Source of the DNA: Candidatus Hodarchaeota archaeon
GTDB lineage: Archaea > Asgardarchaeota > Heimdallarchaeia > Hodarchaeales > Hodarchaeaceae
Length of the DNA stretch: 64,000 bases
Reading direction: 5' to 3'
NCBI GenBank assembly: GCA_016840035.1
Contig: JAEOTC010000068.1
Span: 1-64,000 of the forward strand
Numbering within the stretch: position 1 is the stretch's first letter; each line of letters begins with the position of its first letter. The position numbers were made by a program, and so were the translations under genes. This document shows, one piece after another, positions 38,351 to 47,574 of this stretch. Under the pieces are notes generated by a model, which was not told the origin of the DNA, did not search any database, and saw nothing but the letters and a program-made list of their open reading frames with translations.

Positions 38351-40957
38351 CTACTTAGGAATTTCTAACTTATCTATTAAGAGAGTAATTTTATTTTCAC
38401 TTTTTTTCTCATTTATAGCTTTCATTATCCTCTGGATTCCCTCAAGCTCATGGATTATTCCATTCAAAAACGAAAGAATATCCCCTGGATAAACGAGAAG
38501 TTCAAAATAAGAAAAACTCCTCGAAATCTGTACTATATTTTTTCCCTCAAGTCGTTTGTTAACAATATATCTGCCAATCTGCTCTGATCCATGTTGACAA
38601 AATGGATTTTCTGGGCATGCACAGGTGAAGAAATTCTGAGTCCATTTTGCAAAGGTTGACAAACACCATTTATTTAGCTCTGTTGCCTCCTTTCCTTTAA
38701 GAGTAGCGCTCATCACATCTAAAACAGGACTATTGATCAAGCGTGTAGAGAACCTCATATGATATGTTTTCTCAAGATAAGAATGAAGCTTCTTTGACAA
38801 ATAGACATTCTGAGGTTGGTTCATTTCTAGGGCAATTGATAGAAAATGTTCTTTTCTTCTAATTAATGAAACAATGTTGATTATTTTTTCGGGGGAAAAG
38901 AAAGAAAGAGTCCCAGCCTTTCCTAGAGGAGTAACTTCCAAATATCGTTGTTTATCCTCGAAAACTATAGAAATCAACGATTTCCGAATTAGGTTGTTCG
39001 TAATTTGCATGAAATTATGATTTGCAGTTCCTATCATATTCTCATATATCTTTTTAACCTCAGAAGGCAGTATCCTAGGCTTAATTGAGCATAATGATAT
39101 TATTTGCTCTGCACAAGCGTTTTCATCGTAATCAGGGGAAATTGGGGTAAGATCCGAATTTACTAACTCCAATGCAATTTCAACTTCAGATTTGGAATCC
39201 ATTGTAGAAACAGACTCCCCTAAACAGAGAAAAACAGCATATCCACGATCGTGTTTTCCCAGTCTTCCTGCTCTTCCAATCATCTGTGTGAAAGTATTCG
39301 GATCCAGTATTTGATTCCCCATCAACATTGATTCAAATATGACTTGAGAAGCAGGAAAATCTACACCTGCTCCTAATGCATATGTTGCAACAATTGCTGT
39401 ACATTTTCCTGAAGAGAAATCAGTCTCGATTTGTTTCCGAAGTGTATAAGACAGACCTGAGTGGTAAGCTTGAGCATTTTTTAAACCAGATTCACGTAAA
39501 TATTCTGATATTTCATTTGTTTTTCTTCTTGAATTTGTAAAAACGATCGTTTGCCCTTTATAACCGAATCTTGATTTTCTTTTTAGCTCTGTTTGAATTA
39601 AAATGGTTATTTGTCGAAGTTTTTCATGTGTACTTCTGGATATTAATAAATGTTGTTCTAACGGAATTGGTCTATGATCTACCGTTACTAATTTTAATGA
39701 AAGATCATTTGCAAATTGGATAGGATTTCCAATAGTTGCAGAAAGGCCTATAATTTGAACGTTCTTTGAATAAGACCGAATTTTTGCCTGTAAGCAATCT
39801 AACATTGGTCCCCTATCTGGATCGGCTAATGTTTGAATTTCATCAATTACGATACAACCAATGTCATTGAAATTAATTTGTCCTCCACGAATTAAGAGGT
39901 CTAATCCTTCATACGTTGCAATAACAATATCTGATTTATGAATGGAAAATCGAGTTTGATAAAACGTTTTTTTTTCTTTTATAGTGTTAAATATGCGAGA
40001 TCTTCCAGTACGAATTCCTACTTGATACTTGTCCCCATAGCTTTTCTTAAACTCCTCATATTTTGTATTCGCTAAAGCGACCAGAGGTACAACAAAGATG
40101 AATTTCTTTTTCTTTTTTACTGTTGAAATTCCAGCAATTTCTCCTATTAGAGTTTTTCCCGCGCTGGTATTCGCAATAATTAGTATATCCCTATTTCTGA
40201 GTAATCCATTCTTTAAAGCTTCGTTTTGAATAGGAAGTAGGTCCTTTATTCCCCTTTTTAGGAAATTTTTCTTTAAGTCATTATCAATTTGAGAACTTTT
40301 TACTGATTGTGGATCAGAAGCTGGACTTCGTGTATCTGCTCTCTTTATTAATGTTAGATCACTCAGATTCGCATTTCCTTGCGTTAATGTCTCCGTGACT
40401 GGATGTATGTCATGAAAGCGATCCAAAATTGACACTGCATATTTTCTAAATCCAGGATTACCTAGTAAGTTAATTTTTTTCGATTCTAATTCTTTCTCTA
40501 ATTCTTGTAGTGCACAATTTTTGCATATTTCGCGATCATATGCTTTGTAGTTTCCTTTAGGTTTTAACAATGATATTTTTTCTGTAAACAAGCAGAAAGG
40601 GCAGAAATTTCGTTCAGAAAATTTAACTGAAAGATTAAAATCATTGCTAAACTGAATTAATCCATCTTTTTCCTTTTTAGGAAGATCTTTGGTTAGAAAA
40701 ACATATTTTGATTTTGAAAGAATCTCTTGAATAGTATTTTCAGGAGGGGATGCTTTCCATTTACCATGTTCCTCCCAAAAAATTTGCTGTGGACGCCATA
40801 GTTTCTCTCTTTTGTAATAATATTTAATTTTTCCTTTAAGGCGAGGTTTCCTTTGAATGAGCTTACCTTTTGAAAATCCTAAGATCTGGAGGGTATTTTC
40901 TTGCTTGGATGGAGCGAATATGACTGTATAAAATAATGAATTCGGAAACATGTTCAT
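38351..40957 (-). CDS. Archaea-specific Ski2-like DExH helicase (ASH-Ski2/DUF5814)
   Basis: TSAGKT, DEIQ, LSAT, QMIGRAGR; N-terminal CPFC..CKNC and C-terminal C.C..NPFC.H Zn sites. Confidence 0.88.
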   Translation of the reverse strand: MNMFPNSLFYTVIFAPSKQENTLQILGFSKGKLIQRKPRLKGKIKYYYKREKLWRPQQIFWEEHGKWKASPPENTIQEILSKSKYVFLTKDLPKKEKDGLIQFSNDFNLSVKFSERNFCPFCLFTEKISLLKPKGNYKAYDREICKNCALQELEKELESKKINLLGNPGFRKYAVSILDRFHDIHPVTETLTQGNANLSDLTLIKRADTRSPASDPQSVKSSQIDNDLKKNFLKRGIKDLLPIQNEALKNGLLRNRDILIIANTSAGKTLIGEIAGISTVKKKKKFIFVVPLVALANTKYEEFKKSYGDKYQVGIRTGRSRIFNTIKEKKTFYQTRFSIHKSDIVIATYEGLDLLIRGGQINFNDIGCIVIDEIQTLADPDRGPMLDCLQAKIRSYSKNVQIIGLSATIGNPIQFANDLSLKLVTVDHRPIPLEQHLLISRSTHEKLRQITILIQTELKRKSRFGYKGQTIVFTNSRRKTNEISEYLRESGLKNAQAYHSGLSYTLRKQIETDFSSGKCTAIVATYALGAGVDFPASQVIFESMLMGNQILDPNTFTQMIGRAGRLGKHDRGYAVFLCLGESVSTMDSKSEVEIALELVNSDLTPISPDYDENACAEQIISLCSIKPRILPSEVKKIYENMIGTANHNFMQITNNLIRKSLISIVFEDKQRYLEVTPLGKAGTLSFFSPEKIINIVSLIRRKEHFLSIALEMNQPQNVYLSKKLHSYLEKTYHMRFSTRLINSPVLDVMSATLKGKEATELNKWCLSTFAKWTQNFFTCACPENPFCQHGSEQIGRYIVNKRLEGKNIVQISRSFSYFELLVYPGDILSFLNGIIHELEGIQRIMKAINEKKSENKITLLIDKLEIPK

Positions 40958-41050
40958 TAGAATGAGTATTGTTGCTAGTAAAAAAGCAAAGTGTTAAAAA
41001 ATATGAGTTCTTCCTTATGTTCAAAGATACATCAGAATGAGGAGATAAAC

Positions 41051-41524
41051 TTGCCAATTTGTTCTAAATGTGGATCTTATTATAGCGAAGCTTCATGCAC
41101 ATTCTGTACGCCTGATGATTCCCCTAAATCCCCTGTATCAACAGTAAATGTCGAAGAAAAGAGTTCAGTGAGATTGATAGACCCACTTGAGTTGCTTGAT
41201 TCAATCGAAAAAACTGAAGCTGAATTTAACGAATTAAATGAAGTTAAAACCGCGGAACTAAAGGAATTAGAAACTGAGGTCTCTACACTTCAAGAGAGAG
41301 AGAAAGAGATATTATTAGAAATAGAACCCCTGAACTCACAAATTTCACAACTTGAATCTTCTCTTAAGGAGAAAGAGGAAGAAATCGTTACTCTAACTGG
41401 TAATAGTCAGAGTCTGCTAGAAGAAACAAATGCACTTAAAGCAAGAATTCTTAGTCTTGAGACTAATAAGGTTGCATTGAATGAAGAAGTTAATGAGTTA
41501 AAAAACACCCTTGGAGTGGAATAG
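41051..41524 (+). CDS. Zn-ribbon + coiled-coil protein (paralog 1)
   Basis: PICSKCGSYY..SCTFC then heptads; GGAG upstream of TTG 41051. Confidence 0.75.
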   Translation: MPICSKCGSYYSEASCTFCTPDDSPKSPVSTVNVEEKSSVRLIDPLELLDSIEKTEAEFNELNEVKTAELKELETEVSTLQEREKEILLEIEPLNSQISQLESSLKEKEEEIVTLTGNSQSLLEETNALKARILSLETNKVALNEEVNELKNTLGVE

Positions 41525-41526
41525 AA

Positions 41527-42015
41527 GTGCCCAAATGTCTGAAATGTGGTTCATATTATATTCGTGCGCCGTGTCCTGTTTGTTCCCCACCTGGAGTGGG
41601 ACAACTAATTGAAGATTCAAAGGAAGCTAAAGGAAAATCAGTTGAGGAACTCCAGACAGAGCTAGAAACTCTTTCCGCAAAATTCAAGAGTCAAGAAACC
41701 GAATACGATCAGAAAATAAGAGATGTGAAGACGCAAATACACTCATTAGAGGATCAGAATCAAAGCCACGAAGTTAGTAAAATCAATTTGAATGAGAAGA
41801 TTTCAAATTTACAAAAAGAAATCGAAATGAAAGGAGTAAAAGTGGAGGAAGTTAAGAAAAATATTGAAAACCTATACTCTGAAAAATCAACGGCTTCAGG
41901 AAAAATTGCTACATTGGAAACAGAAATAGTAAACGTAAAATCGACAATTCAGTCCTTAAACGAGAGAATTCAAGAAAAAAAGAAACTGGACGAAGAGCAA
42001 ATAGGTACCGAGTAG
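41527..42015 (+). CDS. Zn-ribbon + coiled-coil protein (paralog 2)
   Basis: PKCLKCGSYY..PCPVC then heptads. Confidence 0.75.
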   Translation: MPKCLKCGSYYIRAPCPVCSPPGVGQLIEDSKEAKGKSVEELQTELETLSAKFKSQETEYDQKIRDVKTQIHSLEDQNQSHEVSKINLNEKISNLQKEIEMKGVKVEEVKKNIENLYSEKSTASGKIATLETEIVNVKSTIQSLNERIQEKKKLDEEQIGTE

Positions 42016-42098
42016 AGAATAGCTTTGAATTATAAGCTCTAAGGCAAGAGATAATTTTCTTTCTACAGAGAGAACTAATGATGGTAATGGGAAGATAG

Positions 42099-42485
42099 AT
42101 GGAAAAGCTAGCTCAATTCGAGAGATCTTTTGCCTCTTATGACATAACTACAATCATCTATTCAAAAAAAAATGGATTGGTTGTTGATATCCTAACTCCG
42201 AATGAACATTTGGGTGGTGTTGGAGTCGGAATTCCGTATACACGAAAAAATGGCGCTAAATCAGCAAATTTTCATTGTATTGCGTTTCCAGCTCATCGTG
42301 ATTCCGAACTAGCTGGACGATTAGCCCAGACCATGGCTAAATACACAGAACTACCTGTAATAGTTCTTCTTGGGATTCACATTCCTGACATCACAGAAGC
42401 AGAAATTACTGATCTAACAGAATTTTTCTTAGGTTGGTTCAAAGAAATTGGTTCTAATTTGAATGAGAATTTCTCCTCAAATTGA
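42099..42485 (+). CDS. LpdD/PAC4-like small protein
   Basis: HLGGVGVG, HRD..LA, V.LGIHIP.IT..EI pattern. Confidence 0.65.
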   Translation: MEKLAQFERSFASYDITTIIYSKKNGLVVDILTPNEHLGGVGVGIPYTRKNGAKSANFHCIAFPAHRDSELAGRLAQTMAKYTELPVIVLLGIHIPDITEAEITDLTEFFLGWFKEIGSNLNENFSSN

Positions 42486-45400
42486 AATACAGCAGGGTAA
42501 CGAAAGTAACCGTCATAATCAGTATTAACGCTTCATGAAGCTCAATGATAGGATCGGGAGTAAGAGTAGATACAATCTTAAATCCAGGATCCAAATCACC
42601 AATTTTTAGATTCGGGGAAATACCAGTTGAGGTATATACAGAGATTGTATAGGTATTAGGAGTTAAACTTGCAGGAGGAATTGATAACACATAGATATGG
42701 GTATTGTTCTCCTTAATTGCTGATGTGATACTCGGAAGAGATTGATTAAGTCTTCCAATCTTTCCTTTAATATCTAATATGCCGTAAAGATTGATATTTG
42801 GGACTGGAATATTGGAGAACTCTGAATTAACTACCTCAAAGGAGATTGAGATAACAGAGGCGGTATCAATTGCATAGACTGGCAATCCATCCGAATTGTT
42901 GAGGCTATAATATTCTACATTAGTAATGGCATAATTTCCAGAGAGAGTAAGATTGAAGCTCATTTGTTTTAAAGGATCAGATGGATCTCGTAAATCGACA
43001 TATGAGTTGTTCCATTTGGTTTTAATCTTAAATCGTGTTCTAAAAGTTGTTTCAGGAAGGTTCGGATTAATAGATGCACTCATGTAGACAGATTCATTTA
43101 CTTGTCTAATTTTAAAGAGTTGTATAAATTTTAAATCCTCAGATACATTCACAAGTCCTCCAATTATATCTATATTTGCATCAGTAATATTGTAGATTCC
43201 TGAAGGTGTGGAGATCCCTACTACGGTAGTAGTATTGAGAGTTTCACCGTAATATATAGTATAGCCCTCTGACACAGAGATATCTTTTCGTTGATCTGTT
43301 TCAATAGTTGTCTGGTATAAGACTGGAGTTCCTCCTATCTGAATTTGAGAAAGTGTACTGTTCGAAATCTTGTCAATCTGATAGGAGGAGGAAGTATTCC
43401 AGCTTAATTTTACAGTCAGATTATAATGACCTGTAAGATACTGGATTGGACAGATTTCATTGATACTTGTATAAGTATTTCCAGATACATAAGATAAGTT
43501 AACATTGAAGGTTTCTGTCTGAGTTTCATTGCTGATAAAAAGCAGTGATGCGTTCGCATTGGATGTGAAAAAACCATTTGTATATTCCAGTGAAACATTA
43601 AGATTCATCGGTAAACCTGGATAGTATATAGGTAATTTAGATATATTTACTAGTCTTACATTACCAGATACATCTAAAAGAAAATTTGTCTCTAAAACTG
43701 TGAAAGAATTATTGAATCTTAATTCTAAGTCCCATGTGCCTAGAAGTGAATCATTTGCAAAGGGAATTTCAAATTTAAAGGAGGTAGTTGTTTGGTTCAA
43801 CGGTTCATAAACGAGTAAAATGCTAGTTTCACTATTTGGTGAAGTAATATTTGCAGATAAGCTTCCTGTGGTAATATTCAATGTTTCATAAGTGATTACA
43901 GATCTATTTTGATAGTACACTGTTGCATTCAATGTTACACCTGGTTTAATCAATGTAGTGCCAAAATCATACCTTGGTGCATAACCTACCATAACAGTAG
44001 AGTTCTTTAGATAGACCGGAGAACGAATAACAGGTAAATTTCGAATAGAAAGATGATTAACAACTTTGTGAGACCCCAAAGTCCAGTTGAAAACTCCATT
44101 ACTATCATTTTCTATATCGACCGTGTATTTAGCACTAGACTCTCTCGTGAATACTTCATTATTTTCTGAATAGGAGGGATGTGTTATTTCCCAATTATCT
44201 ATCGTTGTTGTTAAACTTAGGGAACCATGAGATTTGAAATCAAAAAGCTTCATCCCTAGATCGAATGATGAAATCTCTCCTTGAATAAGATAGTTGGATT
44301 GATTAATTCTCTGGTTTGATTGATAATATCCTGTTGTTAAATCAAGATCGATTGACTCAAATACTGAAAGGGATAGTAGATATACTAACGAAGCATAATA
44401 AGTGTCATGAATGTTTATACGATTATTGCTATTTGGATCTGAATATGTGACGTTATTTGGCCCAAATCCACCAATATCCAATGTTTCAGATGTAATATAC
44501 GTTCTATTTTCTCGTTTCAAGAATTGAGAAGAATTGACGAAATTTAATGCCTCTGTATGGTCAATGTCATCTGTTAAGTTAAGTAAATGACTAATTGCAT
44601 AAACTATACCCGTTTCTTTTATTGTAGCATCTTCGTCGAAACCATACCCTCCTTTGGTCATCCCTGAATCTTTAAGTAACGTGGGTAACCAAGATTGTAT
44701 CGGGATTTGGTAATCAATCAAGGTTTCTGGTAAAACAATTCCCAATATCTTTGAAAAATTTTCAAGAACTTCAATTGCTTTAAGAGCATACCAAGTTTCT
44801 TCTATCGGAGTCTGAAAGCTTGTATTATCATGAAAATATGTAGTATCAATCAAAAAACTGTTAATAAAATTAAAAATATTCAATGAATAATTTGTCATAA
44901 AGTCTAGAATGGTTTGATTTACTACAGGTGTGATTGCGGGGGCTTTCACTTCGTGAATGACATTGTAAATCAGATTTAAAATCGATAATGCCTGAGATGT
45001 TGTTTTTAGACTTGGCTTTTGGTTTTTCTCAAAGAATCCATATTCGTCTAAGTTAAATGCATTCAAGATTGTGTAATTCATAATATCAGGTGTAATCGGA
45101 TTTAATTGAAGTGTCAATTCGTCCATTAACCAAAGAGTATTAACAACTCCGAATGTTCCTTCAATAGACGGATTGGAAACAATAGGACTAAGTCGATATC
45201 CTCCTGATCCACTCTCATCTTTTAAATCAATAGTTAGTTTGTTAGCTATAGCTACTTCATAATCTTGCCATTTTGAGAAAAATTGATAATAATCTAAACC
45301 GAAAATTCGTAATACTGCCAAAGCTTCATAGGTAGCGATAGATGTTGAGAACCCGTCGACTGACTCAAAGAAGATTGCTTCAGTAGTATCGTAGAGACTG

Positions 45401-45648
45401 TTAATATAATCTGCTAATGATTCCACATCAAATGAATAGTTGCCAATAAAATTTTTTTCAGCTAACACACTATACGAAATCTCTGAGGGAAATGATTCTT
45501 CTAATTTTTCGTTTGATGTTTGTTGGTATTCGTTCAATGAAGCGGTGGGACTGGATAGAATAGTTAAAGGACCGATCATTAAAATAATGATAAATGCTCC
45601 TTCTACCATTTTCCGATATCTATTAAATTTGATTCTACGGATATGCAT
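42454..45648 (-). CDS. Secreted, C-terminally anchored glycoprotein with prenyltransferase/squalene-cyclase-like alpha/alpha repeats and Ig-like domains
   Basis: Signal peptide, repeats GG[YF]..T..[TY]YA, many N-x-S/T sequons, C-terminal TM + RR; ATG 45648 preferred. Confidence 0.75.
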   Translation of the reverse strand: MHIRRIKFNRYRKMVEGAFIIILMIGPLTILSSPTASLNEYQQTSNEKLEESFPSEISYSVLAEKNFIGNYSFDVESLADYINSLYDTTEAIFFESVDGFSTSIATYEALAVLRIFGLDYYQFFSKWQDYEVAIANKLTIDLKDESGSGGYRLSPIVSNPSIEGTFGVVNTLWLMDELTLQLNPITPDIMNYTILNAFNLDEYGFFEKNQKPSLKTTSQALSILNLIYNVIHEVKAPAITPVVNQTILDFMTNYSLNIFNFINSFLIDTTYFHDNTSFQTPIEETWYALKAIEVLENFSKILGIVLPETLIDYQIPIQSWLPTLLKDSGMTKGGYGFDEDATIKETGIVYAISHLLNLTDDIDHTEALNFVNSSQFLKRENRTYITSETLDIGGFGPNNVTYSDPNSNNRINIHDTYYASLVYLLSLSVFESIDLDLTTGYYQSNQRINQSNYLIQGEISSFDLGMKLFDFKSHGSLSLTTTIDNWEITHPSYSENNEVFTRESSAKYTVDIENDSNGVFNWTLGSHKVVNHLSIRNLPVIRSPVYLKNSTVMVGYAPRYDFGTTLIKPGVTLNATVYYQNRSVITYETLNITTGSLSANITSPNSETSILLVYEPLNQTTTSFKFEIPFANDSLLGTWDLELRFNNSFTVLETNFLLDVSGNVRLVNISKLPIYYPGLPMNLNVSLEYTNGFFTSNANASLLFISNETQTETFNVNLSYVSGNTYTSINEICPIQYLTGHYNLTVKLSWNTSSSYQIDKISNSTLSQIQIGGTPVLYQTTIETDQRKDISVSEGYTIYYGETLNTTTVVGISTPSGIYNITDANIDIIGGLVNVSEDLKFIQLFKIRQVNESVYMSASINPNLPETTFRTRFKIKTKWNNSYVDLRDPSDPLKQMSFNLTLSGNYAITNVEYYSLNNSDGLPVYAIDTASVISISFEVVNSEFSNIPVPNINLYGILDIKGKIGRLNQSLPSITSAIKENNTHIYVLSIPPASLTPNTYTISVYTSTGISPNLKIGDLDPGFKIVSTLTPDPIIELHEALILIMTVTFVTLLYFNLRRNSHSN

Positions 45649-45847
45649 TTCTCTTTCACGCCGAGTAATGACTTGAATACTGAAACTTAGACAGAAGGAG
45701 AAGGATTTCTTTGAAAATATTATCCTTTCGGAAAATACGTTTACATGACTCAATATTTTCAAAAGAAGCCATTAAAGCGAAAATTCTAAATGAGAATTCT
45801 CACCTCGTTTGAATGACGAATTACGCATATTTAGGTTGAAATTTACG

Positions 45848-46237
45848 ATGGGTAGAAATCTAGAGGATCAAATGCGATTATCAATGAGAGGGATATTGTC
45901 GAAACAAATGATAGCAGGAGGAGAAAAAAACAGGGTTATTGCATCATTTGTAAGTGATGATAATGGCTTTCCTTTAACGGGAATGAAAAAATCTGGAGAT
46001 TCCATTATTGATATGGATTCGAAAGAATTTGAGCAAATATCTGCATTAATTCCTCAAATTTGGGGTGCAACTGATGGCTCTACTAGAGATTTAGAATTAT
46101 TAAGTTTGAAAGATAGTTCAATAAATCACATAACAGTGGGTTTTAAAGATGAAAACGATTCCACTCCAAACTTCGAGTTATTGATTGCACGTCTAGATGA
46201 ATTATACATATCTTCCCTCTTTAAATCAAGAAAATAG
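45848..46237 (+). CDS. Roadblock/LC7 (MglB/LAMTOR-like) domain protein
   Basis: RVIASFVSDDNGFPL...EQISALI roadblock pattern. Confidence 0.65.
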   Translation: MGRNLEDQMRLSMRGILSKQMIAGGEKNRVIASFVSDDNGFPLTGMKKSGDSIIDMDSKEFEQISALIPQIWGATDGSTRDLELLSLKDSSINHITVGFKDENDSTPNFELLIARLDELYISSLFKSRK

Positions 46238-46245
46238 GTGTCTAC

Positions 46246-47496
46246 ATGTCAAAAGCAGAAGTAGCGGCTAAAATTGTAGAAATTCAAAAACACAAGAAAA
46301 AAACCATAAACGTTGCATTCGATAAAAGTCAGAAAATAAGGAGTGCAATTAAAAAACATAGAAAGAAAATTCTTGAGGATACGCAAAAGCTAATTACAGA
46401 AACAGATCCTCAACTCACAGAGGAGGGGGTTCAAAAAATCACGAAAAAGGGGAAAATTTATTTTAGATCTCTCAAAGCATTTAATCCCTTCCTTCATTTC
46501 ATTGATTCGGAATTATCGAAACTAAAGATTCCAAAAGTGAAGAAAAAATTAACATCTTCAGAACTAAATCAGTTTGTAAGAAATCTATCAAGAATGGTGA
46601 ATGACATCAATAAGGAAAAAGCACAGGTAGATGCGGTTATGGGGCTTGATTTCATGCTGAAAAAGCGAGGAATTTATGCTGCCTTCTCAAAAATAACTTC
46701 TGAGCTGAATAATATTCGTGATTTACAAAAAGAAGAGTATTCCGTTGTCAAAGCAATTGAAGATTTGGAATCGATTATTCGAGACATAGAAAATATACAG
46801 GAGAAAACTGAACAGCTAGAGGGGGAGAAATCTGACCTGGAGGCAGAGCTTAAATTAGTTGAAGAAGCCCTTAGTAAAAAAGAAGAAATAAGAACAGCTC
46901 TAGTTACAAATCCATTAATTAGTAATTCTCGACAACGGGGAATCAGGATGACTGAACTCGAAATCGAAATGGGTACGCATTTGAACTCCTTTAAGAAAAT
47001 TTTTAAGAAATATGCTCGTGAGGTACAAAGAGGAAGCATTTCAGGAGAATTTGGTCTTGTAAATACTGCTTTGAGTTATCAAGAAAATCCAGTCCAGAAG
47101 TTCCTAGAAGAACCAGACAACAACCCCGAAATTTCTGCACTAATGGAAGAGCTCATCACAGTCGGAGAAAAAAATTTACACCTTAAACAAAAGAATATTA
47201 GTAATCTGAGTAAGGCCTTAAAAAAGATTCAAGAAGGAAAGTTGAATATTCAAAAGAATGAATGGCATGACTTGAAGCAGAAAAAAAACCGAGATGATGA
47301 ATCTGCTGACTTTAAAAAAATAAATGGGGAGCTTATTGAGTGTGAGGATGAGATAAATAGTATAGAGGAAAAAATATCGGGAATAAACGAGACTGTTTCT
47401 CTGAAGTTACGCGAACTCGCAAACCTTTCGGAATCTTTAGAAAGTAGACAAAATCGCTCTCTGGAGATTACTGAAGAAGTTATGAATCAACCATAA
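46246..47496 (+). CDS. Lys/Glu-rich coiled-coil protein, unknown function
   Basis: 416-aa ORF with heptad-rich helices; 8 bp after the roadblock gene. Confidence 0.75.
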   Translation: MSKAEVAAKIVEIQKHKKKTINVAFDKSQKIRSAIKKHRKKILEDTQKLITETDPQLTEEGVQKITKKGKIYFRSLKAFNPFLHFIDSELSKLKIPKVKKKLTSSELNQFVRNLSRMVNDINKEKAQVDAVMGLDFMLKKRGIYAAFSKITSELNNIRDLQKEEYSVVKAIEDLESIIRDIENIQEKTEQLEGEKSDLEAELKLVEEALSKKEEIRTALVTNPLISNSRQRGIRMTELEIEMGTHLNSFKKIFKKYAREVQRGSISGEFGLVNTALSYQENPVQKFLEEPDNNPEISALMEELITVGEKNLHLKQKNISNLSKALKKIQEGKLNIQKNEWHDLKQKKNRDDESADFKKINGELIECEDEINSIEEKISGINETVSLKLRELANLSESLESRQNRSLEITEEVMNQP

Positions 47497-47574
47497 CCTA
47501 AATTGAGTAATCTTCTCCCTCATATATTTGGTTTTTATTTGCGTTTTTTCTCCTTACTCAATTCTCAAGTAGGT

